A stretch of DNA of 64,000 bases from the human T2T-CHM13v2.0 reference genome, Homo sapiens. The notes beneath the pieces are model-generated. The model made no database searches. It had not been told where the DNA came from and saw only the letters and a program-made list of their open reading frames with translations. Within the stretch, counting starts at the first letter, position 1. Every line of letters starts with the position of its first letter. Below are positions 1 to 13,900 of the stretch, piece after piece. Location of the stretch: assembly GCF_009914755.1 (NCBI RefSeq), contig NC_060939.1. One strand, given 5' to 3'. The position numbers and the translations under genes were made by a program.

Positions 1-3000
1 TTCAGATCCTTCGTAGCAGTGTTCTGGAATCCTATGTGAGGGACAAACACTCAGAACCCTGCAGCAGTGTTCTGAAACCCTATGTGAGAGATAAATATTC
101 CGACGACAGGAGGATAGTTTTGCAATCCTATGTGAGGGACAAACACTCAGAAAACAGCAGGAGTGTTCTGGAATCCTAAATGAGGGACAAACACTCAGAA
201 AACAGCAGGAGTGTTCTGGAATCCTAAATGAGGGACAATCATTCAGATCGTCATAGCAGTGTTCTACAATTTTGTGTGAGGGACAAACATTCACACCCCA
301 GCAGAAGTGTTGTGGAATCCTAAATGAGGGACAAACATTCAGACCCTCGTAGGAGTGCTCTGGAATAGTGTGTGACGGAGAAACTTTTAGACCCCAGCAG
401 CAGTGTTCTGCAATCCTTTGTAAGGTAAAAACAATCAGACCCTCACAGCTGTGTTCTAGAATCCCATGTGATGGACAAACACTCAGAACCAAGCAGCAGT
501 GTTCTGTAACTATATGTGAGGGGCAACCATTCAGAACACAGCAGGATTGTTCTGGAATCCTACATGAGGGACTGACACTCAGAGCACAGCAGGCGTGTTT
601 TGGAATCCTATGTGAGGGACAAACATTCTCACACTCATAGCAGGGTTCTGGAATCCTACGTGAGTGGCAAACATTCAGACAATCTTAGCAGTGTTCTGGA
701 ATACTATGTGAGGGACAAACATTCAGACACTCGTAACAGTGTTTTGGAATACTATGTTGCAGACAATCATTCGTATGCTCGTAGCAGTGTTCTGGAATCC
801 TGTGTGAGGGACAAACATTCAGACCACAGCAGGATTGTTCTGGAATCCCCAGTGAGGAACAAATGTTCAGACCTTCATAGCAGTGTTCTGGAATTCTATG
901 TGACGGACAAACATTTAGACCCCAGCAGCGGTGTTCTGAAATCCTATGTTAGTGACAAACATTCAGACCCTTGTAGGAATGTTCTGGAATCTATGTGAGG
1001 GACTTGCTTTAAGACCACAGCAGGAGTGTTCTGGAATCTCATGTGAGGTACAAGCATTTCCACCCTCATAGCTGTGTTCTGGAATCCTATGTGATGAACA
1101 AACATTTAGACCCCAGCAGCAGTGTTCTGGAATCCTATGTGAGGGAAAAACATACAGACCATCATAGCAGTGTACTGGAATCCTGTGTGAGGGACAAACA
1201 TTCAGACAATCGAAGCAGTGTTCTGGAATCCTAAGAGAGAGACAAATATTCAGAACACAGAAGGATTGTTCTGGAATCCTATGTGAGGAACAAACACTCA
1301 GAACACAGCAGGAGTGTTGTGGAATCCTATGTGAGGGACAAACTTTGAGACCCTCGTAGTAGTGTCCTGGAATCCTACGTGAGGGACAAACATGCAGACA
1401 ATTGTAGCAGTGTTCTGGAATCCTATGTGATCGACAAATCTTCGAACAACAGTGGAAGTGTTCTTGAATCCTATGTTATGGACACACATTCAGAACCTTG
1501 TGGCAGTGTTCTGGAATTCTATTTGAGAGAGAAACATTCAGAGCCCAGCAGCAGTTTTCTGGAATCCTATGTGATGGACATACATGCAGATCACAGCAGC
1601 AGTGTTCTGGAATCTTATGTGAGGGACAAACATTCAGAACCCAGCAGCAGTGTTATGGAATCCTATGTGAGGGACGATCATTCAAACCCTAGTAACATTG
1701 TTCTGGAATTCTGTGTGAGGGAAAAACATATAGACCCTCATAGCAGTGTTCTGATAGAGTGTGTGAGGGACAAACATTTAGAACACAGCAGGAGTGTTCT
1801 TTAATCCCCTGTGAGAAACAGATATTCAGACCCCCGTAGCAGTGTTCTGGAATCCTATGTGTCGGAGAAACATATAGACACCAGCAGCAGTGTTCTGGGA
1901 TCCTATGTGAGGGAAAAACATTCAGACACTCTTAGCAGTGCTCTGGAATCATATGTGAGAGACAAACATTAAGACCACAGCAGGAGTGTTCTCGAATCCT
2001 ATGTGTGGGACAATCATTCCGACCCTCTTAGCAGTGTTCTGGGATTCTATGTGAGGGACTAACATTCGGACAGTCATAGCAGTGTTCTGGAATCCTATGT
2101 GAAGGACAAATCTTCAGACCCCAGAAGCAGTGTTCTTGAATCCTATGTTAGCGACAAACGTTCATGCAACAGCGGGAGTGTTCTGGAATCCTATGTTACA
2201 GAGAAACTTTCAGACCCTCCTAGCAGTGTTCTGGAATCCTTTGTCAGGGACAAACATTAAGACAACTGCAGGAATGTCCTGGAATCCCCAGTGAGGAACA
2301 TTCAGATTCTCGCCGCAGTGTTCTGGAATCCTATGTGAGTGACAAACATTCAGACCCTTGTAGCAGTGTTCTGGAATTCTATGTGACAGACTAACTTTAA
2401 GACCACAGCAGGAGTGGTCTGGAATCCTATGTGAGGTACAAACATTCAGACCCTCGCAGCAATGTTCTGGAATGCTATGTGAGGGACAAACATTCAGAGC
2501 CTCGTAATAATGTTCTGGAATCTTATGTGTGGAACCAACATTCAGAACCTCCCAGCAGTGTTCTGGAATACTATGTATGGGACAAACACTCAGACTTTCG
2601 TAGCAGTGTTCTGGAATCCTACGTGAGGGACAAACATTCAAGCAACAGGGGGAGTGATTTGGAGTCCTATGTTTCGGACAAACATTCAGACGCCATCAGC
2701 ATTGTTATGGAATCCTATGTGAGGGACAAACATTCAGACCCCAGCAGCAGTATTCTGGAATCCTATGTGAGGGAAAATCATTCAAACACGCGTAGCAGTG
2801 TTCTGGAATCCTGTGTGAGGGACAATCATTCAGATCACAGCAGGAGTGTTCTGGAATCCCCAGTGAGGAACAAACATTAGACACTCCCAGTGGTATTCTG
2901 GAATCCTATGTGACGGATAATCATTCTGACACTCGTAGCAGTGTTCTGGAATCCTATGTGAATGACAAACATTCAGAAAATCTTAGCAATGTTCTGGAAT

Positions 3001-5919
3001 CCTATCTGAGGGACAAACATTCACACTACAGCAGGATTGTTCTGGAATCCTATGTGAGGGAAAAACACTCAGAACACGGCTGGAGTGATTTTTATCCTAT
3101 CTGAGGGAGAAACATTCAGACCGTCGTCCAGTTTTCTGGAATCCTATGTGAGTGAGAACCATTCAGACGATCGTAGCAGTGTTCTGGAATCTTATGTAGA
3201 GACAATCCTACAGACAATCGTAGCAGTGTTCTGGAATCTTATGTAGAGACAATCCTTCAGACAATCGTAGCAGTTTTCTGGACTCCTGTGTTAGGGACAA
3301 ATATTCAGACCCTCGTATGGGTGTTCTGGAATCCTATACGTGGGACAAACATTCAGACAATCGTAGCAGTGTTCTGGAATCCTGTGTGAGGGACAAACAT
3401 TCAGACCACAGCCGCAGTGTTCTGGAATCCTATGTGAGGGACAAACATTCAAACAACAATGGGAGTGTTCTGGAATCCCATGTTACTGACAAACATTCAG
3501 ACCCTCGTCACAGTGTTCTGGAATTCCATGTGAGGGAGAAATACTCAGAACCCAGCAGCAGTGTTCTTTAATACTATGTGTCAGACATACATGTAGACCC
3601 CAGCAGCAATGTTCTGGAATCCTATATGCGGGACTAACATTCAAACGCCTGGAACATTGTTCTTGAATCTTATGTGAGGGACAATCATTGAGACCCTCCT
3701 AGCAGTGTTCTGGAATTCTGCGTGAGGGACAAACTTTCAGACCCTCGTAGCAGTGTTCTGGAATCCTATGTGACAAACATTTAGACCCCAGCAGCAGTGT
3801 TCTGGAATCCTATGTGAGGAACACACATTCAGACCCTCGTAGCACTGTTCTGGAATCCTATTAAGGGACAAATACTCAGAACCCAGCCGCAGTGTCCTGA
3901 AAGCCTATGTGAGTGACAAACATTCAGACCACAGCAGGATTGTTCTGGAACCCTATGGGTGGAACGAACACTCAGAACACAGCAGAAGTGTTTTTGAATC
4001 TTATGTGAGGGATAAATGTTCAGATCCTCGTAGCAGTGTTCTGGAATCCTATGTGTGGGGGAAACATTCAGATAACAACAGGAATGTTCTGGAATCCGAT
4101 GTGAGGGACAAAAACTCAGACGCCAGCAGCAGTGTTCTGGAATCTTATGTGAGGGACAAACATTCAAACAACAGAGGGAGTGTTCTCGAATACTATGTTA
4201 CGGAGAAACATTCAGACTTTCGTCTCAGTTTACTGGAACTCTATGTGAGGAAGAAACACTTAGAACCAAGCAGCAGTCTTTGGGAGTCCTGTGTGATAGA
4301 CATACATGTACATCACAGCAGCAATGTTCTGGAATCCTATGTGAGGAATAAATATTCAAACGCTCATAGTGGTATTCTGGAATCCTGTGTGAGGGACAAA
4401 CATTCAGAGAATTGTAGCAGTGTTCTGGAATCCTATGTGAGGGACAAACATTCAGACAATCGTAGCAATGTTCTGGAATCCTATGTGAGGGACAATCATT
4501 CAGACCCTCGTGGCTGTGTTCTGGAATCCTAAGACAGGGAAAAACATTCAGACAATCATAGCAGTGTTCTGGAATCCCATGTGAGGAAAAAACATTCAGA
4601 CCCTCCCAGCAGTGTTCTGGAATCCTATGTGAGGGACAAACATTCAGACAAACGAAGCAGTGTTCTGGAAACATATGTAAGGGAAAAACATTCAAACAAC
4701 AGCGAGATTGTTCTGGAATCCTATGTTACGGACAACCATTAATAATCTCTTCACAGTGTTATGGAATTCTATGTGAGGGAGAAACACACAGAACCCAGCA
4801 GCAGTGTTTTGGAATCCTATGTGACTGATATACATGTATACACCAGCAGCAGTGTTCTGGAATCCTATGCGAGGGACAAATATTTGGACCCCAGTAGCTG
4901 TGTTCTGGAATCCTATGTGTGGGACAATCATTCAGACCCTGGAAACAGTGTTCTGGAATTCCGTGTGAGACACAAATATACAGACCACAGCAGGAGTGTT
5001 CTGGAATCCCCCGTGAGGAATAGACATTCAGAACCTTGTAGCAGTGTTCTCGAATCCTATGTGATGGACAAACATTTAGACCCTAGCAGCAGTATTCTGG
5101 AATCCTATGTGAGGGACAAACATTCAGACTCTCACAGCAGTGTTCTGGAATCCTATGTGAGGGACAAACATTGAGAGAATTGTAGCAGTGTTCTGGAATC
5201 CTGTGAGAGGGACAAACACTCAGAACCCAGCAGCAGTGTTCTGGAACCCATGTGAGGGACTCACATTCAGACCACAGCAGGATTGTTCTGGCATCCTATG
5301 TGAGGGACAAACACTCGGAACACAGCAGGAGTGTTTTGGAATCCTATGTGCGGAACAAACATTCAGAACCTCGTGACAGTGTTCGGGAATCCTATGGGAG
5401 AAACAAACATTCAGAACACAGAGGGAGTGTTCTGGAATCCTATGTGAGGAACAAACATTCAGACCCCCGTAGCAGTGTTGTGGAATCCTATGTGAAGGAC
5501 AAACCTTCAGACAATCGTAGCAGTGTTTTGGAATCCTATGTGCGGAGCAAACATTTAGAACCTGGTGGCATTGTTCAGGAATCCTATGGGAAGAACTAGC
5601 ATTCAGAACACAGCAGGATTGTTCTGGAATCCTATGTGAGGAACAAACATTCAGAACCCCATAGCAGTGTTTTGCAATCCTATGTGAAGGACAAACATTC
5701 AGACAATCGTAACAGTGTTCTGGAATCCAATGTGAGGGACAAACATTTAATATACATGGTGGAGGTTCTGGAATCCTATGTTACGGACAAACATTCAGAA
5801 CCTCGTCGCAGTGTTCTGGAATTCTACGTGAGGGAGAATCATTCATAACACTGCAGCAGTGCTCTGGAACCCTACGTGTGGGACAAACCTTCAGATCACA
5901 GCAGGATTGTTCTGGAATC

Positions 5920-7850
5920 CTATGTGAGAGACAAATATTCAGACAATCGTAGCAGTGCTCTGGAATCCTCTGTGAGGGACAAACATTCAGAACCCAGCAG
6001 CAGTGTTCTGGAATCCAATGTGAGGGACAAACATTCAAAAAACGGTGGGTGGGTTCTGGAATCCTATGCTATGGACAAACATTCAGTACCTCGTCACAGT
6101 GTTCTGGAATTCTATCTCAGGGAGAAACAGTCAGAACTCAGCAGCAGTGTTTTGGAATCCTATGTGATGGACATACATATAGACCCCAGCAGCAGTGTTC
6201 TGGGATCCTATGTGAGGGACAAACATTCAGACCTCAGCAGCAGTGTTCTCGAATCCTACCTGAGGGACAATCATTCAGACCTTCATAGCAGTGTTCTGGA
6301 ATCCTAAGTGTAGGACAAACATTCAGACAATCGTAGCAGTGTTCTGGAAATCTATGTGAGGGGCAAACATTCACACCCTCTTAGGAGGGTTCTGGAATCC
6401 TATGTGAGGGACAAACATTCAGACAATCGTAGCAGTGTTCTGGAATCCTCTGTGAGGGACAAACATTCGGAACCCAGCAGCAGTGTTCTGGAATCCAATA
6501 TTAGGGACAAACGTTTAAACAACGGGGGGTGGGTTCTGGAATCCTATGTTATGGACAAACATTCAGAACCTCGTCGCAGTTTTCTGGAATTCTATGTCAG
6601 GGAGAAACAGTCAGAACCCAGCAGCAGTGTTTTGGAATCCTATGTGACGGACATACATATAGACCCCAGCAGCAGTGTTCTTGGATCTTATGTGAGGGTC
6701 AAACATTCAGACCCCCGCAGCAGTGTTCTCGAATCCTATGTCAGGGACAATCATGCAGACCCTCGTAACAATGTTCTGGAATCCTAAGTGTAGGACAAAT
6801 ATTCAGACAATCGTAGCAATATTCTGGAAATCTATGTAAGGGACAAACATTTAGACCCTCTTAGGACTGTTCTGGAATCTTATGTGAGGGACAAACATTC
6901 AGACAATCGTAGCAGTATTCTGGAAATCTATGTGATGGACAAACATTCAGACCCTCTTAGGAGTGTTCTGGAATCTTATGTGAGGGACAAACATTCAGAC
7001 AATTGTAGCAGTGTTCTGGAGTCCTCCGTGAAGGACAAACATTCGGAACCCAGCAGCAGTGTTCTGGAATCCAATGTGAGGGACAAACATATAAATCACG
7101 GGGGGGAGTTTTCTGGAATCCTATGTTACGGACAAACATTCAGAACCTCGTCGCAGTGTTCTGGAATTCTATGTCAGGGAGAAACAGCCAGAACACAGTA
7201 GCAGTGTTTTGGAATCCTATGTGACGGACACACATATAGACCTCAGCAGCAGTGTTCTGGGATCCTATGTGAGAGACAAACATTCAGCACCTCGTCACAG
7301 TGTTCTGGAATTCTATGTCAGGGAGAAACAGCCAGAACCCAGTAGCAGTGTTTTCGAATCCTATGTGACAGACACACATATAGACGCCAGCAGCAGTGTT
7401 CTGGGATCCTATGTGAGAGACAAACATTCAGACCCCAGCAGCAGTGTTCTTGAATCCTATGTGAGGGACAATCATTCAGATCCTCGTAGCAGTGTTCTGG
7501 AATTCTGTATGAGATACAATCATTCAGACCCTCGTAGCAGTGTTCTGGAATCCTAAGTGTGGGAAAAATATTCAGACAATAGTAGTAGTGTCCTGGAAAT
7601 CTATGTGAGGGACACACATTCAGACCCTCTTAGGAGTGTTCTGGAATCTTATATGAGAGACAAACATTCAGACAATCGTAGCAGTGTTCTGGAATCCTCT
7701 GTGAGTGACAAACATTCGGAACCCAGCAGCAGTGTTCTGGAATCCAATGTTATGGACAAACATTCAGAGACTCCTCGCGGTGATCTGGAATTCTATGTGA
7801 TGGAGAAACACTGAGAAACCAGCAGTATTGTTCTGGAATCCTATGTGACG
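5920..7850. repeat. Local higher-order repeat in CER (10-mer/480-bp core, about 4 variant copies)
   Basis: ORF pairs 5876/6356 and 6049/6529 are offset by exactly 480 bp. The diagnostic block ctctgtgagggac...ccaatgtgagg recurs at ~5969, ~6449, ~7025 and ~7698. Confidence 0.8.
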
Positions 7851-10772
7851 GACATACATTTAGACAAGAGCAGTAGAGTTGTGGAATCCTATATTGGGGC
7901 AAACATTCAGTCCCCAGCAGCATTGTCCTGTAATCCTTTGTGAGGGACAAACATTCAGAACCCAGCAGCAGTGTTCTGGAATCCTATGTGAGGCACCATC
8001 ATTCAGACCCTCGAAGCAGTGTTCTGGAATTCTGTGTGAGGGGCAAACATTCAGACCCTCGTAGCAGTGTTCTGCAATCCTGTGTGAGGGACTATTATTC
8101 AGATGATGGCAGGAGAGTTCTGGAATCCCCTGTGAGGAACAAACATTCAGACCCTCCTAGCAGTGTTCTGTAACCCTATTTGAGGGACAGATATTCAGAT
8201 GACAGCAGGGTTGTTCTGGAACCCTATGTGGGGGACAATCACCCAGAACACATCCGTAGTGTTTTGGAATCCTATCTGAGGGACAAATATTCAGACCCTA
8301 GTAGCACTGTTCAGGAATCCTATGTGAGGGACAAACATTCAGACAATCGTAGCATTGTTCTGGAATCCTATGTGAGGGACAAACATTCAGACCCCAGCAA
8401 CAGTGTTCTGGAATCCTATGTGGGGTTCAAACATTCAAACAACAGCGGGATTGTTCTGGAATCCTATGTTACGGACAAACATTCAGACCATCGTAGCAGT
8501 GTTCTGGTATTCTATGTGAGGGAAAAACACTGAGAACACAGCAGCAGTGTTCTGGAATCCGATGTGTGGGACAAACATTCAGACCCCAGCAGCAGTGTTC
8601 TTTAATCCTATTTGAGGGACAATCATTCAGACTCTCATAGCTGTGTTCTGGAGTTCTGCATGAGGGACAATCGTTCAGACCCACGTAGCAGTGTTCCGGA
8701 ATTCTGTGTGATGGAGAAACATTCATTACTTCATAGCAGTGTTATGAAAGCCTATCTGTGGGACAAACATTCAGACCACAGCAGGAGTGTTCTGGAACAC
8801 TAAGTGTTCTCAAATCCTATGTGAGGAATAAACATTCAGACCCTCGCAGCAATGTTCTGGAATCCTATGTGACGGACAAACATTTGGACTGCAGCAGCAA
8901 TGTTCTGGAATCCTATGTGAGGGACAAACTTTCAGAAAATCGTTGCAGTGGTCTGGTATCCTAGGTGAGGGACAAACATTCAGAACCCAGCAGCAGTGTT
9001 CTGGAATCCAATGTGAGGGACAAACATTCAAGCAACAGAGGGAGTGTTTTGCAATCCTAGGTAAAGGACAAATATTTAGACAACAGGAGCAGTGTTCTGG
9101 AATCCTGTGGGAGGGACAAACATTAGGACCCTCAGTATAGTGTTCTAGAATCTTATGTGAGAGAAAAACATTGAGACAATCATAGCAGTGTTCTAGAATC
9201 CTTTGTGACGGACAAATATTTAGACCCCAGCAGCATTGTTCTGGAATCCTATGTGAGTGACGAACATTAAAATCACAGCGGGAATGTTCTGGAATCCTTT
9301 GTTACGGGCAAACATTCAGATCCTTGTCGCAGTCTTCTTGAATTACATGTGAGGGAGAAACACTCAGAATCCACCAGCAGTGTTCTGGAATCCTGAGTGA
9401 CAGACATACATGCAGACCTCAGTAGCAGTGCTTTGCGATCCTATGTGAGGGACAAACTTTCAGACGGCAGCAGCAGTGTTCTGGAATCCTGTGTGAGGGA
9501 CAATCATTCAGACCCTCGTAGCTGTGTTCTGGAATTCCGTGTGATGGACAAACATTCAGACCCTCATAGCAGTGTTCTGGAAACCTATGTGAGGGACAAA
9601 CATTCAGACCACAGCAGGCATGTTCTGGAATCCTCTGTGAGGAAGAACCATTCAGACCCTCGTAGCAGTGTTCTGGAATCCTATATGACAGACAAACATT
9701 TAGACCCCAGCAGCAGTGTTCTGGAATCCTGTGTGAGGGACAAACATTCACACCCTCGGAGCAGTGTTCTGGAATCCTATAAAGGGACAAACACTCAGAA
9801 CCCAGCAGCCGTGTTCTGGAACTATATGTGAGGGACAAACACTGAGAACACAGCAGGATTGTTTTGGAATGCTATGTGACGGAGAAACATTCAGGCACTC
9901 GTAGCAGTGTTCTGGAATCCTAAGTGAGGGACAAACATTCAGACAATCGTAGCAGTGTTCTGGAATCCTATGCTAGGGAAAAACATTCAGACCCCAGTAG
10001 CAGTGTTCTGGAATCCTATGTGAGGGAAAAACATTCAAACAACAGCGGGAGTGTTCTGAAATAGTATGTTACTGACAAACATTCAGACCCTTGTCACAGT
10101 GCTCTGGAATTCAAAGTGAGGGGGAAACACACAGAACCCAGCAGCTGTGTTCTGGAATCCTGTGTGACGGACATACACATAGACCCCAGCAGCGGTGTTC
10201 TGGAATCCTATGTGACGGACAAACATTCAGACTCCAGCAGCAGTGTTCTGGAATCCTCTGTGAGGGACCATCATTCAGACTCTCGTAGTAGTGTTCTGGA
10301 ATTCTGCGTGAGGGGCAAACATTCAGACCATCGTGGCAGTGTACTGGAATCCTGTGTGAGGGATAGTCATTCCGAACACAGCAGGAGTATTCTGGAATCC
10401 CCTGTATGGAAAAAACATTCAGACCCTCGCAGCAGTGTTCTGGAATCCTAGGTGAGGGACAAACATTTAGACCCCAGCAAAAGTGTTCTGGAATCCTGTG
10501 TGAGGGACAAACATTCAGACTTTCATAGCAGAGTTCTGGAATCCTATCTGAGGGGCAAACACTCAGAAACCAGCACCAGTGTTCTAGAACCCGATGTGAG
10601 GGACAAACATTCAGACCACAGCAGGATTGCTTTGGGATCCCATGTGTGGGAAAAACAGAAAACAGCGGGAGTGTATTGGAATCCTATGTGAGGGACAAAA
10701 TATTCAGACCCTCTTTGCAGTGCTGTGGAATCCTATGTGAGGGGCAAACTTTCAGAAAATCACAGCAGTGGT

Positions 10773-10990
10773 CTGGAATCTTATGTGAGAGACAAACATT
10801 CAGAACTCAGCAACAATGTTCTGGAATCTTATGTGAGAGACAAACATTCAGAACTCAGCAACAATGTTCTGGAATCTTATGTGAGAGACAAACATTCAGA
10901 ACTCAGCAACAATGTTCTGGAATCTTATGTGAGAGACAAACATTCAGAACTCAGAACCAATGTTCTGGAATCCTATGTGAGAGACAAACA
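10773..10990. repeat. Recent monomer expansion, about 4 near-identical 48-mers
   Basis: ctggaatcttatgtgagagacaaacattcagaactcagcaacaatgtt occurs three times exactly, followed by one variant. The ORF shows SELSNNVLESYVRDKH x3. Confidence 0.9.
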
Positions 10991-13900
10991 TTCATACAAC
11001 AGCGAGAGTGTTCTGCAATCCTAGGTAATGGACAAACATTTAGAAACCAGCAGCAGTGTTGTGGAATCCTATGAGAGGCACAAACATTCAGACCTTAGTA
11101 GAGTTATTCTGGAATCCCATGTGAGGGACAAACATTCAGAACCTCGTCACAGTTTTCTGGAATTCTGTGTGAGGCAGAAACACTCTGAACCCAGAAGCAG
11201 TGTTCTGGAATCCTCTATGACAGACACACATGTAGACCTCAGCAGCTGTGTTCGGGAATCCTACGTGAGGGACAAGCATTCAGACCGCAACAGCATTATT
11301 GTGGAATCCCAAGTCAGGGACAATCATTCAGACCCTCGTAAGAGTGTTCTGGAATTTTGTGTGAGAGACAAACATTCAGACACTCATAGCGGTGTTCTGG
11401 AAAGCTATGTGAGGGAGAAACATTCAGACAACAGTAGGCGTGTTCTGGAATCCCCTGTGAGGAAAAACATTCATACCCTCGTAGCAGTGTTCTGGAATCC
11501 TATGTGATGGACAAACATTTAGACCCCATCAGCAGTGTTCTGGAATCCCGTGTGAGCAAAAAACATTCAGACGCTAGTAGCAGTGTTCCGGAATCCTATG
11601 TAGGAACAAACACTCAGAACCCAGCAGCACTGTTCTGGAACGCTATGTGAGGGACAAAGATTCAGACCACAGCAGGATTATACTGGAGTCCTATGTGAGG
11701 GACAAACACTCAGAACGGAGCAGGAGTGTTTTGGAATCCTATGTGTCAGACAAACATTCAGACACTCATAGCAGTGTTCTGGAATCCAATGCAAGAGACA
11801 AACTTTCAGACCACAGCAGCAGTGTTGTGGAATCCTCTGTGAGGAACAAACTTTCAGAATATCGTAGCAGTGTTCTGGAATCCTATGTGAGGGACAAACA
11901 TTGAGATCCCAGCAGCAGTGTGCTGGAATCCTATGTGAAGGACAAACATTCAAACAACAGCGGGAGTGTTCTGGAATCCTAACAAGTAGACACATTTAGA
12001 CACCAGCAGCAGTGTTCTGGAATCCTATGTGAGGAAAAACATATTCAGACCCTCGTAGGGTTATTCTGGAATCCTATATGAGGAACATATATTCAGACCC
12101 TCGTAGGATTATTCTGGAATCCTATGTGATTCAGACACCAGGAGCAGTGTTCTGGAATCCTATGTGTGAGACAAACATTCAAACAACAGTGTGAGTGTTC
12201 ACGAATCCTATGTGACGGACAAACATTCAGACCTTCCTCTCAGTGTTTGGAATTCTATGTAAGGGAGAAACACTCAGAACCCAGCAGGAGTGCTCTGGAA
12301 TCCTATGTGACGGACATACATGTAGACCCCAGCAGCAGTGTCCTCGAATCTCATGTGAGGGAGAAACATTCAGACCCCAGGAGCAGTGTTCTGGAATCCT
12401 ATGTGAGGACAATGATTCAGGACCTCGTAGCAGTGTTCTGGTATTCTGTGTGAGGTACAAACTTTCAGACTCTCTTACCACTGTTCTGCAATCATGTGTG
12501 AGGGAAAAACATTCAGACCCACAGCAGGAGTGTTCTGGAATCACCTGTGAGGAACAAACATTCAGATCCTCCTAGCAGTGTTCTGGAATCCTGTGTGACG
12601 GACAAACATTTAGACGCCAGCAGCAGTGTTCTGGAATCCTAATTGCGGGACAATCATTCAGACCCTTGTAGCCGTGTTATGGAATCCTTTGTGAGGGACA
12701 GACATTTAGAACCCAGCGACAGCATTCTGGAACACTATGTGAGTGAGAAACATTCAGACCACAGCAGGATTGCTCTGGAATCCTATGTGAGGGACTAATA
12801 TTCAGACCTTCGTAGCAGTGTCCTGGAATCCTAAGTGAGGGACAAACATTCAGACAATCGTAGCAGTGTTCCAGAATCCTATGTGAGGGACATTCATTCA
12901 GACGTTCGTAGCTGCGTTGTGGAATTCTGTGTAAGAGCCATATATTGAGATCCTCAAAGCCGTGTTCTGGAATCCTACGTGAGGGACAAACATTCAGACC
13001 ACAGGAGGATTGTTCTGGAATCCTCTGTGAGGAAAAAACATTCAGACCCTCGTAGCAGTGTTCTGGAATCCTATGTGAGGGACGAACCTTTAGACCCCAG
13101 CAGCAGTGCTCTTGAATCCTACGTGAGGAAAAAACATTCAGACACTCGTAGCATTGTTCTCGAATCACATGTGAGGGACAAACATTCAGATAATCTTAGC
13201 CATGTTCTGGAATCCTATGTGAGGGACAAATATTCAGACCCCAGCAGCGTTCTGGAATCCTATGTGAGGAACAAACATTCAAACAACAGCGGGAGTGTTG
13301 TCGAATCCTATGTAACAGACAGACTTTCAGAACCTCGTCGCAGTGTTCTGGAATTCTGTGTTAGAGAGAAACACTCAGAAACCAACAGGAGTGTTCTGGA
13401 ATCCTATGTGATGGACATACATGTAGACGTCAGCAGCAGTGTTCTTGAATCATATGTGAAGACAAACATTCAGATCTCAAAAGCAGTGTTCTGGAATCCT
13501 CTGTGAGGGTCAATCATTCAGACCCTTGTAGCAGTGTTCTGGAGATGTTTGTGAGGGAGGAAGCTTCAGACCCCCATAGCAGCGTTCTGGAAGCCTATAT
13601 GAAGGACAAACATTCGGACTAGAGCAGGATTGTTCTGGAATCCAATGGGAGGAACAAATATCCGGACCCTCGTAGCATAGTTCTGGAATCCTATGTGACG
13701 GACCAACATTTAGAGCCCAGCAGCAGTGCTCTGGAACCTCAAGTGAGGGACAAACATTCAGACACTCAGTGCAGTGTTCTATAATCCTATATGAGGGACA
13801 AACATTGAAACAATCGTAGTAGTGTTCAGGAACCTATGTGACGGACAAACATACAGACCCCAGCAGCAGTGTTTTCGAATCCTATGTGGGGGACAAACAT

